From Octopus sinensis (Eukaryota), in NCBI RefSeq assembly GCF_006345805.1, contig NC_043011.1, positions 53,394,464 to 53,458,463 of the forward strand: a stretch of DNA of 64,000 nucleotides. The letters run 5' to 3'. The position numbers and the translations under genes were made by a program. The notes under the pieces were generated by a model. It saw nothing but the letters and a program-made list of their open reading frames with translations. It was not told where the DNA came from and did no database searches. How positions within the stretch are numbered: the stretch's first letter is position 1; every line of letters begins with the position of its first letter. Positions 39,561-52,156 of the stretch are shown one piece after another.

Positions 39561-42500
39561 GAATAAGAGAAAATAAACAGAGAAAGAATTAAAAAAAAAC
39601 TTGAGGATTTAACGGTCAAGCATGGCGACTGAGCGACTAAAAAAAAAATGTAGATTTAGCGATACCCTTTTAATCTTGATTAATTTTGGCGAAAAATGTA
39701 AGTATTATGCATAGGAAGTTACATGGTACCTACATAGGGACCATGAGTTTGCTGTGAAGGAAACGCTGTCAGCATGTTGGAGACTGGGAATTGTTATGAT
39801 GGTCGTACATAGTGGATGTAGCTGTATCGAAGATTGACTATTGTGATAGCACTGTATTGTATAAATCATGATATGGCGTGTAATGTTGCATGGTATGTTC
39901 TATGGCAATGAACAGCAGTGCAGTATGCTGTATCTTCTATGTTATAGTCTTGCTGCGTTGTGTGTAGTGTCTTCCATACTAAAGCACTATTTTGTGCTGC
40001 AGTCTTAGTTATACGTATAGTGTTACTTTTGATCAAGTTGACCAATAATAAAAGGCGTTCCGGTTATGACCATCCCGCTTTATTACGTATTTGTTATATA
40101 CAGCAGATTAAGCGACTACAGACAGATTCTCTCGTTGGATCGTGCAATGTAAGCGGGGACAAAAAGCCGCTTATTAGCTAATTTGGAGTATGTAAATTTT
40201 ATTAACAGAAAGCAATTATCAAAGTCTACACTGTATAGAAAATTCTAAAAATTCTAATTTGAATATACTTGTATCACAATATGGCTTTCAAGTTCTTTTA
40301 TTACTGAAAGTTTCGTCTACAGAAAAGCAACCGTAATTCACTGTACGATGGCTTTCCCTCTTCTTTTCTCTCTCTTTCTTTCTCCCTCTCCTTCTCTCTT
40401 ACACTTCAGTAATGTGGTTTGGCGTGTAAGGTGTATAGCATACCGTAGTATGGTTTATAGTATGATGTCGTGGCTTCTATGGCATAGTATAGCGTGGTTG
40501 ATCGTATAGTTTTGCAGTATAGTGTAAGCATGATCAACCTTTTCAGAAGCAGGTCACATGAGACACTACTTACCGTCAGGCGCACCGCACTACTGAAATA
40601 CATTAGAGGTAATTTTTCGTTAGGCAAACCATTCAGAAAGCCTCATGGGCTGCACTTTGTCCATAACAGGTTTAATGTTGTGGTTTCTCTGGTTTCGTAC
40701 AGTGGATTCTGCTTTACAGTGCAATGGGTTCTATGGCCTAGTATAGTATGTTCAATGTTATTATAGTGTTCAATATAGGGTCTTTATTATGTTATTATAG
40801 GGTCTTTATAGCGTAGTGATGAAGTGGTCGTGGAACTGTGGAGGTTTAGAATTGGCCTATAGAACTGGTTATGGTGATGCTGCTGATGATGATGAGGATG
40901 AGAGGGATGATGGTGACAATGATGATGATGTTTGTGAAGAAGATGACAACGATATGAGATGATGATGATGGTAAATGATAAATTACTGATAATGACAACG
41001 ATTGTGGTTATGACGATCGTGATGATGATAGCGAGAGTGAAGATGGCGGCAGCGATGGCGATGCTACCGGCGGATAACGATAACGATTATGGCGATCGTA
41101 GTAATAACGATGATGATGATGACGACGACGACGATGATGATGATGATGATAATGTGACTGCTGCTGCTGCTGCTGATGATGATGATGATGATATAGTGTA
41201 CTCTATTACAATAATTGTTTTCACAGCTGTTGTCTTTTTCCTTTTTTATTGATTGTTGTTGTTGTTGTTTGTAGTGGTGGTGGTGGTGGGCTGGTATTGT
41301 TGTTGTTGTTGTTGTTGTCGGTAGTAGTAGTGGTGGTTTTTGCAGTAGTGGTAGTGGTAGTATTATTGGGCGGTGGTTGGGGCAGCAAAGGGTGGCGATG
41401 GATTTTTGTTGTTGTTGTTGCTGTTGTTGTTCGTGGCGGTGGTGGTGGTGGTGGTGGAGGAGAAGGCAGTGACTTTTGTTGTTGTAGCTGTTTGTATTGT
41501 TGGCAGTGGCGATGGCGGTGGCGGGGGGTGGTGGTGGTGGTGGTGGTGGTGGTGGTGGGGGTTGAAGCTCTGGCGTTTGTTTTGTTGTTGTCGATGGCGG
41601 GGAAGGCGTCGTTCTTTCTTGTTTTTGTTGTTGTTATTGTTGTTGTTGTTTATGGTGGTGGTGATGGTAGTGAACACAATAGAAGCAATGGCTGATATAA
41701 TTGTTGTTGTTGTTGGTGGTGGTGGTTTCATTGATGGTGTTGTCTGTCGTTTCTGTTGGCCCTGTTGTTGTTGTTGTTGCTGTTGTTGTTGGAGGTGGTG
41801 GTCATGGCGGCAGAAGTAGTGGCTTTTGTTATTATTGTTGTTGCTGTTGTTGTAGTTGATGTGATGTGGGTGATTTTTTGCCTGTAGGGGGGAATAAAGG
41901 AGGAACTGCCTCGATGTCGGTGGCGGCGGCGTCGGTGTTGGTGGCGGCGGCGGCGGTGTTGTTAGCGGTGGTGACGGTGGCGCCGACGATGGCGGCTTGT
42001 ATTTCTCTTCTTTGATGTTGTAGCTGTTCTTACTATTGTCGTAAAGACGTCTATTGCTGTTTTGTTGGTAGTACTTATGGCTGCAATAGTGTTGCGCCTA
42101 GTAGCGGTAGTGGTGGTGGTGGTGGTGGTGGTGGTGGTGGTGGTGGTGGTGGTGGTGGTAGTGGTGGTGGTGGTAGAATTGTTGTTGTTGTAGTTGTTGT
42201 TGTTGTAGGTGGTGGTGGTAGATGGGGCTTGTTGAGGTGGTGATAGTGGCTGGTTATGCTTGTTTATTAGTCTGTCTAGTTCTGAGTGTATGTGTGTGTG
42301 TGTGTGTGTGACTGTGTATGTGTGTGTGTGTGTGTGTGACTGTGTATGTGTGTGTGCGTGTGTGTGTGTGTATTTGTGGTGTCTGGTGTCTGTCTGATGT
42401 AGATGAATGAGTTCATCAGTCTGTCTACTATGTATACTATATATACTATATATATGTGTGTATATAAATATACATATATATATGTGTGTGTGTGTGTATT

Positions 42501-43297
42501 TGTATATAGGATATATGTATTTAAGTTATGTATTTATATATTTATATGTATGTATATGTGTATGTATTATATATATGTATGCTTTTAATTTTGTGTGTAT
42601 ATATATATATATGTATGTAGGTATGTATTAGGTATGTATGCATTTCTCTATATATTTGTATATATGTATATATATGTGTGTGTATGTATATATCTATATA
42701 TCTGTATGTAGGTATGTATGTATTTATATATTTGCATATATGTATATGTGAATGTATTTAGATATGTATTTCTCTATATATTTGTATATATGTATATATT
42801 TATATATGTGTGTGTGTGTGCAGTGCGTGTATGTATTTATGCATATGTATATATATATATATATATTGCATGTATGTATGTATGTATGTATATATTGCAT
42901 GTATGTATGTATGTATGTATGGGTTGCGTGTGCCTGGTGTGCGTGGCGTGTGTGCGTGTGTTTCTGTATGTGTGTATACGTGTATGGTTTGTGTGTGTGT
43001 GGGAGGTGTGTGTTCGTGGTGGGTCTGGTGTGTACTTGTATGTGTATGTGTTGTGTGTGTCATTTGTGTGTTAGGATGTGTCGGGCTTGCGGTTATGTGG
43101 CAATGCTTGTAGTGTCTCTGTATCTGTGTGCGTGGCAGAAGTGTGAGCGTGTGCGAGGTAGGTGTATGTGTGCGTGTATGAGTGTGTGTATGTGGTGTAT
43201 GTGTGAGGGATGTGTAAGAGTGAAGGATGTATGTGTGTGCGTGTGTGTCTGTGTGTGTATTTGTGTGTGTGTATAAGATATATATATATATTTATGT

Positions 43298-43331
<34 letters not shown>

Positions 43332-43849
43332 TGTGTGAGGTATGTGTGTGTGTGGGGGTATGTATAGGTGTGTGGAATGTGTGTGTGTGTGAGTGTGGGG
43401 TATTAGAGGGGGATGTGTGTGTGTGAGGGACGTGTGCGGTGTGTGAGAGATGTGTATGCGTGAGAGATGTGTTTGTAGGAAGGATTTATGTGTGCGCGTA
43501 TGCGTCGATGTGTGCGCCGTGTGTAAGTTAAGTGTGGCGTGCGCGCGCGCGCGTGTATTGTTCCTCTCCTTTTCTGCCCCTCACCTACCAACCACACTCT
43601 TAATTGTTATTGTAATTAAGTCACCGCCATACATACGTATGTGTGTGTGTGTGTGCGTATGCATATTGTATGTGTATGTGTGAGGACGCACGTGCCAATA
43701 TGTAGGTGTGTGATCGTGATTGGGAAATGTGTGTCAAAGTGTGTGCGTGTGTGTATTTATGAATGTAAGTGTGCGTTTATGTGAGGTGAGCGAAGTTGTC
43801 AACGTATGTTAGTACGTGTGTGTATGTATGTGTATGCGTGTATGTATGT

Positions 43850-44335
43850 GTGTGAGTGCGCGCTTGTTAGAACGTGTGTGTGTGATATTGAATGTGTGTG
43901 TGTGTATGTATTAGTGTGTGTGTGAGTGTATGTGTGTATGTATGTATGTGTGTGTGTGTGCTCGCTTGTTAGAACATATGTGTGTGATATTGAATGTGTG
44001 TGTGTATGTATTAGTGTGTGTGTGTTTGTGTATGTATATGTATGTATGTATGTGTGTGTGTGTGTGTGTGCTCGCTTGTTAGAACGTATGTGTGTGACAT
44101 TGAATGTGTGTGTGTATGTGTATGTATTAGTGTGTGTGTGTGTGTGAGTGTATGTTTGTATGTATGTGTGTGTGTGTGCTCGCTTGTTAGAACGTATGTG
44201 TGTGACATTGAATGTGTGTGTGTATGTGTATGTATTAGTGTGTGTGTGTGTGTGAGTGTATGTTTGTATGTATGTGTGTGTGTGTGCTCGCTTGTTAGAA
44301 CGTATGTGTGTGATATTGAATGTGTGTGTGTGTGT
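43850..44335. repeat. About 100-110-bp TG-rich minisatellite, 5 copies
   Basis: CGCTTGTTAGAAC...ATTGAATGTG anchors at about 43861, 43963, 44073, 44181 and 44289. Confidence 0.9.
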
Positions 44336-45801
44336 GAGTGTATGTGTTCTTGTGTAAGTTGAATGAATTTGTCAACGTATGTCCGTGAATGTGTAAGTCT
44401 GTGTGTGTGTGTGTGTGTGTGCGTGTGCGTGTTTGCATGTTTGTGTATGTGTGTGTATGTATACGTGTGCATGTATTGTGTGTGTGTGTGTATGTTTCCA
44501 TGTCATTCACGAAAACCATGTTGTTGTTGTTTTGCCGCTATTATTGTAATTATGTCTGCTTTACTCCTCCCTTCCCCTCCCCCCTTCCCTTCCGTCCGTC
44601 TTTCCCCCCCTTTTCTTTTTCTTCTTCTTCTTCTTCTTCCTCCTCCCTCATCTCCCCCACCACCACCACCACGTCGTTTACCGCCACTTCACCCACCCTC
44701 TCTTACCCTACCTATTCACTTTCCTTCCTTCCTCTCACCGTCAACCCTTCCCCCCCACCAACATCCACCGCCACCACCGACGCCACCACCGCCTCCGCCG
44801 CCACCACCACCACGTGTTGATGCCGCTGCATGTGGTAGGGAGGGGGTTAGTTCTTACTTTCCTCCTCTCCTTCGACGCCCTCCCCCCCCGCCGCCTGCCA
44901 TCTTCCCCCACCTCCACCTCCACCAATAACATTGTTATTGTTATTGTTGTTATCACTTCGCCGGCGTCTTCCTTCCCTCCCCTCCCTTCTCCGCTTCTTT
45001 CCCCCCCACCAACCTTCGTTTCCCCTCCCCATCAACTTTACACATTTTATTTCCTTTCCACCACCATCATCATCATCATCATCATCGTCGTCATCGTCGT
45101 CGTCGTCGTCGTCACCACCGTCCCCACATTTATCTCCACCACCACCGTATCCACCACCATCACGCCGTCTCCGCCGCCGTCGTCACCATTGTTTCGACGG
45201 TCATCTCCGCCGACCACGTCTACCACAACACGATTACTCCTGCCACCACCACCACCAACACCACTATCACCGCCGCCACCACCACCATGTCCACCGTATT
45301 GTTGTAGTCGTAGTGGTGGTGGTGGTGGTGGTTATAATTATGAAGGAGAAAAAAAAGGTAAGTTCCAATCATTCAATCCCATCCAACCCGTCTCACTGTC
45401 GTCAATGAAACCACCACCACCACCGCAATCACCACCACAACCAACACCATTACCACCACCACCACCACCACCACCACCACACCACCGCCGCCACCGCTAC
45501 GACCACCAACGCCACCTCCACCGCGACCACATCCTCCATCTACACCATTATTATAATCTCCACCGCCACCGCCACCACCGCCACCGCCACCACCGCCACC
45601 ACCACCAAACAAATGTAAGCTTTTTACCCCCCTCCCTTCCAATCACACCCACCCGTCCAATGCTTTTATGGCGTTGTTGTAGTGGTGGCGGTGGCGGTGG
45701 TGGTGGTGGTGGCGGTGGTATTTCTCCATCTCCTTCCAAGTTCGTTATTTTTCTCCTCTGCCCACCAACATCCACACACCACAATGTTACAATGATGTCC
45801 G

Positions 45802-45838
<37 letters not shown>

Positions 45839-46254
45839 TTGGTGGTGATAGCGATGATGACGACATAGGGGAATTCCCTTTCAAATTCTCGTCGCCGCCG
45901 TCTCCCTCCCTCCTTCCTTCCTTCTCTCCCTTCTTCCACACACACCACCACCAGCACCACCACCACCACCACCATCATCATCACCTCTGTTTTGTTCGTT
46001 AGCGGCATTCCCCTTTTCATTTACCACTCCTCCCCTTCTTCTTTCTCTCCGCCTCACGCTACTACTCCCCTCACTCCATTCCCGCCTCAACCGCCTCTCC
46101 ATCCTCCTACCACCAATATTGTTGATATTGTGTGACACCTGTTCATCACTTTGAACATTTCCACCTTCCTCCATCCGCTCCCCCCCCCCAAACGCTTGTT
46201 TACATTAAGACAGACAAGCGGCGGGAAAAAGTGTGTGGAGTGATATCATAACTG

Positions 46255-47170
46255 TTTGTGTTGCTAAGGTGTGCTTGTCCTTGTTACTAGGCAACGATGT
46301 GCTTGTCGCTAGGCTATGCTGTCCTTGTTGCTAGGATATGCTGTCCTTGTCGCTAAGGTATAACATTCTTGTTGCTAACATGTCCTTGTCCTCGTTGCTA
46401 AGCAATGCTGTGCTCGTTGCTAGGATACGCTGTTCTTGTTACTAGGTTGTGCTATCCTTGTTGCTAGGTTATGCTGTCCTTGTCGCTAAGGTATAACATT
46501 CTTGTTGCTAACATGTCCTTGTCCTCGTTGCTAAGCAATGCTGTGCTCGTTGCTAGGATCGCTGTTCTTGTTACTAGGTTGTGCTATCCTTGTTGGTAGT
46601 ATGCTGTCCTTGTCGCTAAGGTATAACATTCTTGTGCTAACATGTCCTTGTCCTCGTTGCTAAGCAATGCTGTGCTCGTTGCTAGGATACGCTGTCTTAT
46701 TACATATTGTGCTATCCTTGTTGCTAGGTTATGCTGTCCTTGTCGCTAAGGTATAACATTCTTGTTGCTAACATGTCCTTGTCCTCGTTGCTAAGCAATG
46801 CTGTGCTCGTTGCTAGGATACGCTGTTCTTGTTACTAGGTTGTGCTATCCTTGTTGCTAGGTTATGCTGTCCTTGTCGCTAAGGTATAACATTCTTGTTG
46901 CTAACATGTCCTTGTCCTCGTTGCTAAGCAATGCTGTGCTCGTTGCTAGGATACGCTGTTCTTGTTACTAGGTTGTGCTATCCTTGTTGCTAGGTTATGC
47001 TGTCCTTGTCGCTAAGGTATAACATTCTTGTTGCTAACATGTCCTTGTCCTCGTTGCTAAGCAATGCTGTGCTCGTTGCTAGGATACGCTGTTCTTGTTA
47101 CTAGGTTGTGCTATCCTTGTTGCTAGGTTATGCTGTCCTGGCTGCTCGCCAAAGCTTTGTTGCTAAGGGT
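46255..47170. repeat. 133-bp higher-order satellite (six 22-23-bp monomers), about 6 copies with degenerate edges
   Basis: AAGGTATAAC recurs at 46355, 46488, 46618, 46748, 46881 and 47014. Monomers share T(T/C)GT(T/C)(G/A)CTA. Confidence 0.95.
46283..46295 (+). promoter_or_regulatory. RFX X-box-like motif GTTACTAGGCAAC
   Basis: Matches the RFX palindromic consensus. Function unknown. Confidence 0.35.
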
Positions 47171-48697
47171 TACTGTCACTATATTTCAGCTGTGTATTGG
47201 CAATCAACTGTGAAAATGTCGAACAGAACGACTTATATCTCTAAGTTCTGGGTTCAAATCGTACTTGGGTCAACTTTTACTTTTTGTCTTCTCGGAACCA
47301 ATAAAATAAGATATCAATCAAATACTGGGGTCGATTTAATCGATTACATCTCCTTATTATGCCATTGCACTTATCAATACAGAAATCAATATTTTTAGGC
47401 TGTGTTCTTCCTTGACTATTAATTCTAGCCTTGTTGCTAGGTGCTTTTTTTCTTGTTGCTAGGGTTTCTTAATCTTCGATGTTCTTTATACACTTGCTAA
47501 CTTTAATCCATATACTTACGATCAAAGATATTCCGGCCGTGACCAACACATGTCTTTAAGGTGGAGGTGGAAGTGGCGGCGGCTGTGAGATTACGATGTA
47601 GGGTTGGGTTGTGGTTGTTGTTGGTGTTGTTGATGTTGTTGCTATTGTTGTTTTAACTACAGGTCAACCCTGGTCCAGCAAACCTATGATCGAATGCATT
47701 CCAGCCTATGTGTAAGGAGAACCTATAGCCACTCCATTCAACGTGTCCGTGCTTTTAAGAAAGCTTACTCCGGGCAAAATGCTTAGCGGCATTTCGCCCG
47801 ACTTTATGCTCCGCGTTCAAATTTTGCCGAGGTCGACTTTCCCTTTCACCCTTACGGGGTCGATAAAATAAGTACCTGTTGAGCACTAGGATTAATGTAA
47901 TCGACTTCCACCTCCCCCAAAATTGCTGGCCTTGTGCCAAAACCCGAAACTATTATTTGAGCAAGATTTGGCAGCTATTTCTAGCAGCGCAGGTTCGGGC
48001 GTTTTCTTTAGCTCCTTGGTCGATGGTGACGGGAACTGGCAATAGGAATGATGGTGGGGTTTCTTTTTGTTTAGAGGATCTCTGTTAATTGTCCCCAGGT
48101 CAGTTCTATTTAAGAAGACTTCTGATAATTGATGGTCTAGCCATGAACGTACTCTCTTGTTATGTAAATATATATAGGCAGAGCCATGACTGCGTGGTAA
48201 GATCTGCTTCCCAACCACATTGAGTGACGTCTTGGGCAAGTCTCGTCTACTATAGCCTCGGATTGACTAATGCCTTGTGAGTGGATTTGGTAGACGGAAA
48301 CTGAAAGAAGCCCATTGTATATATACCGATTCTGATGTTAAAATCACGTGATTTGTGGAAAGGATTACGGAAAGGCGACAACCTTCAAAGAAATCCAGAG
48401 TAGAGCCCCGTAGGCGGTTTAGTGTTCGACTCGACACTCATCCGGCAGCTCCTGCAACCAAGCTGGTGCTAAATGTAATGCTCTGCACTCCTTTGGATTA
48501 CGTCAGCAAGGTCGAGAGAGGAATCATGACGATTGGGCTACCCAGGATTTTCTTACGTCTAGCCGAGGCCTGCGCAAAACTGGAGAAGACATGAAATGTA
48601 AGAACCAGACTGGATTAGTTTATGCGCAACTCCATTGTCTCTCGAGACAAAAGGATGCCAACAACTGGGGTCGATAAATGCAACTAGAATTTCTGAA

Positions 48698-49127
48698 GGC
48701 GCAGGAGTGGCTGTGTGGTAAGTAGCTTGCTTACCAGCCACATGGTTCCGGGTTCAGTCCCACTGCGTGGCACCTTGGGCACATTGAGCAAATGTCTCTT
48801 GTGAGTGGCAGCTTGGGCTTAATGTCTCGTGTGAGTGGAAACTGAAAGAAGCCCGTCGTATATATGTATATGTGTATGTATATGTATATATATATATATA
48901 TATGTGTGTCTGTGTGTGTATGTTTGTGTGTCTGTGTTTGTCCCCCCAACATCGCTTGACAACCGATGCTGGTGTGTTTACGTCCTCGTAACTTAGCCGT
49001 TCAGCAAAAAGAGACCGCTAGAATAAGTACTAGGCTTCCAAAGAATAAGTCCTGGGGTCGATTTGCTCGACTAAAAGGCGGTGCTCCAGCATGGCCGCAG
49101 TCAAATGACCGAAACAAGTAAAAGAGT
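48698..49127 (+). mobile_element. SINE family A with altered internal segment
   Basis: Intact head and tail; the core is replaced by a short duplicated AATGTCTC..GTGAGTGG segment. Confidence 0.85.
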
Positions 49128-49865
49128 ATATATAGTAATATCTAGGACTACTTTATCCAATGCGTTCTTTCCTTTTCTAATGTCAGTATTAAAGTATATG
49201 ATTTGAGTGAGTTTTTGGTTGCTTTTTCTAGCAAATCACGTAGCGGCTCCATTTTCAATTCAGCTAATGGAAAATATCGTTGTTGCCAGAAAGAAATTTC
49301 TACACGATGTTTTTGTTGTAGTTCTTAATATATATTCGTTGCTGTTTCTGGTATATATTGTACCTACTAAGTTCTGTTGACGTAGTTTGCATCCTGATAG
49401 TTATAATGAAACTTATCTCGAACAGGTAGAAATATACAGTCTTTTGCAGGTTTCTCTAAAAAAAAAAACTATGTGCAACCTTCTGCAACGTTTGAGAGGG
49501 GAGGAAAAAAAAATCATTATACCGGAATATATTTTGGTCGCTTTAGTTTTATCTAAAGCCTATCTTTTCAACTAATTGCGAATTTTAGAAACCTCTATTT
49601 ATATTCCATTACCTACACTTATAATTACTTGTTTAAAGTAATTACGATTGTGTTTGAACACAAATCTGGAGAGCTTTGCAGTAAAAAAAAAAAGTTACAG
49701 TTGTGGTGGTGGTGGTGGTGGTGGTGGTAGCGGTGTCGGCGGCGGTGGTGATGGTGGTGGAGGCGACGGCGGCGGCGATGTCGGTAGCGTGTTTATTTTC
49801 CAAAACTTTACTTTTGTTACATTTTGTTAGAAATTAAAACAACAGGTTTAGCAGTATATATATTT

Positions 49866-50112
49866 AAAAAAAATACAGCCTTGTTAGATGGCGGTTAGCC
49901 TTAATGTGGCCGGCTTTCTCCGTCCGGGTTGCGGATCCGTGGAATAAGCTGCCGGACGAGATAGTGAAGATGCCGACGACCGCTCGGTTCAAAGTCTCTC
50001 TTGACCAGAAATGGCCTGAACTCTTTGCATGAACACCCTCCCTGTACATAACTCCATGTCCCCATACATGGCCTTGCTTTTTGGTTTTTGAGTCAAAAAT
50101 TAACTTAACTTA
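49866..50112 (+). pseudogene. 3' end of a CR1-like LINE
   Basis: FSVRVADPWNKLPDEIVKMPTTARFKVSLDQKWPELFA* (the CR1 ORF2 C-terminal WN.LP...FK..LD motif), a short 3' UTR and a (TAACT)n tail. Confidence 0.8.
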
Positions 50113-50496
50113 TCCAGCATTAAAACGTTATCCACTTTCACCATAGACGCACTAAGCTGTACCATATTATTGTTGTTAGGTAAACCCCTATCAAGACTCG
50201 GTTATCTTTTAAGGAGTGCCTCTCCTTTGGACACTGTATATCAAACTGACTGTTGGTGCTGTGTTAAGCAAGCATATATTTCGCGAGCAAACTAGACTTG
50301 TATCTAGGTGCTAAAAAGAACAGCCGTATATATCCTCCAAATCGCATCGTGTTCTTGAAAAGAGAGGGAAAAAAAAGGATACATTGGATAATCTTGTTCT
50401 AAATAAATTATGTTGGAGCAGCAGAGACTCTGGTTGCAGTTCGAACGCCTGTTCGACCTAGACTTAATGCGGAGAATGAAGGATTTTTTTTACTGA

Positions 50497-50848
50497 GGCG
50501 TAGGAGTGGCTGTGTGGTAAGTAACTTGCTTACCAACCACATGGTTCCGGGTTCAGTCCCACTGCGTGGCACCTTGGGCAAATGTCTTCTACTATAGCCT
50601 CGGTCCAACCAAAGCCTTGTGAGTGGATTTGATATACGGAAACTAAAAGAAGCCCGTCGTATGTATGCATATATGTGTGTATGCATGTGTGTGTGTGTGT
50701 TTGTATGTCTGTGTTTTAGACCGATAGAATAAGTACTAGGCTTACAAAAAATAAGTCCTGGAGTCGATTTCTTCGACTAAAGGCGGTGCTCCAGCATGAC
50801 CACAGTCAAATGACTGAAAGAAGTAAAAGAGTAAAAGAGTAAAGAGTA
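50497..50848 (+). mobile_element. SINE family A (internal deletion)
   Basis: Head, core and (GAGTAAAA)n tail. Confidence 0.85.
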
Positions 50849-50869
50849 GGAACAGAATTAAAGTTTCCT

Positions 50870-51520
50870 CATCAGAAACCAACAAAATTACATAAGAAAA
50901 CAGAATATAGTAATTTACTGCAGAATATGTCTAGTTCATTGATTACTAAGTATTTGTATGTTTGTGTTTGTTGTAATTCTCTTATCAGTTTCTTAGTGTT
51001 GTTAATTAAATTTCCTCTCTTCAAGATTATATTGACGTAATTTTCTAATCCGAATCTCATATCAGTTTCTCTGATAAATCCCTGTACTATCTGCAGTAGT
51101 GTTTCTTGTACTTTATCAGCAGCAGTGTGAGCAACTTGAAGTCGTTCATACGTAAAAGATGCATGCAGTCATATCATGGCTTTTGTATCTGAATCCAGTT
51201 CTGTTTTAACACGTTGCTTAAAGGTGTCAGCTGTAGGCTGAAAAGGAATGTAGGGAACCTTCTTCGGAGTTGGTTTGAATTTGCATTTGCAAAATTGTCT
51301 GCTATTAACTCATAACACCTTTCAAGATTTTCCAGGATTAAATGTATGAGGAATACTGTCAAAATCCTTCTGGTAACCTATCCATATTTTGTTCAAACAC
51401 ATTTTTCTCTTCCCGCAGTCTTTGGATATTGCTTTGTTGCTCGGTATTTGATCGTTAAAGCCATATAAACGCTGAAAGTATCCTTTCTGCTCTTCTGGGT
51501 ACAGACGGGATTTCATGTGT
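50870..51520 (-). pseudogene. Decayed R4/Dong-clade reverse transcriptase fragment
   Basis: PEEQKG...DQ...WIGYQKDFDSIPH; LTPLS; HLLRMNDFKL (degenerate YMDD); MRFGLE...KRG...TYKYL. Multiple frameshifts. Confidence 0.8.
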
Positions 51521-51738
51521 TTGATCAGTTACAATGACGAGTGTTCCAGTTAATTTGATCAACCGAACTGCCTGCTCATTAAATAAACGTGCAACTGGCT
51601 GAGCACTCCACAGACACATGTACCCTTAATATAAGCTCTCAGGGAGATTCAGTGTGACTCAGATGTGACAAGGTTGGCCCTTTGAATTACAGTTACAACT
51701 AATTTTTTGCCAACTGAATAGACTGTATGTATTTGATA

Positions 51739-52156
51739 CTCTTTTACTCGTTTCAGTCATTTGACTGCGGCGATGCTGGAGCACCGCCTTTAGTCGAGAA
51801 AATTGACCCCAGGACTTATTCTTTGGAAGCCTAGTACTTATTCTATCAGTCTTTTTTGCCGAAACGCTAAGTTACAGGAACGTAAACACACCAGCATGGT
51901 TGTCAAGCGATGTTGGGGGTACAAACACAGACACACCAACACAAACACACACACACACACACATACATACATACACATAAATATATATATACGATGGGCT
52001 TCTTTCAGTTTCCGTCTACCAAATCCACTCACAAGGCTTTGGTCGGCCCGAGACTATAGTAGAAGATACTTGCCCAAGGTGCCACACACTGGGACTGAAC
52101 CCGGAACCATGTGGTTGGTAAGCAAGCTACTTACCACACAGCCACTCCTGCGTCTA
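51739..52156 (-). mobile_element. SINE family A, full length
   Basis: Reverse complement of the family A consensus. Confidence 0.9.

Larger units (their letters stand above)
38114..40408. repeat. 248-bp inverted repeat (arms 38114-38361 and 40161-40408)
   Basis: Arms are reverse complements with about 3 mismatches by eye. Confidence 0.95.

Noticed and set aside
45990-46012. miR-375-like seed TTTGTTCGTT (and miR-7-like TGGAAGAC at about 29848)
   Set aside because: Only the first 8-10 nt match and no supporting hairpin is visible.
46255-47170. CRISPR-like array (conserved motif alternating with variable sequence)
   Set aside because: The variable parts are only about 12 bp and recur exactly every 133 bp. 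There are no unique spacers or cas genes, and the context is eukaryotic.
48330-48680. Possible RTE-type LINE 5' UTR with an HDV-like ribozyme
   Set aside because: The resemblance is only from memory, and I could not assign the nested double pseudoknot by eye.
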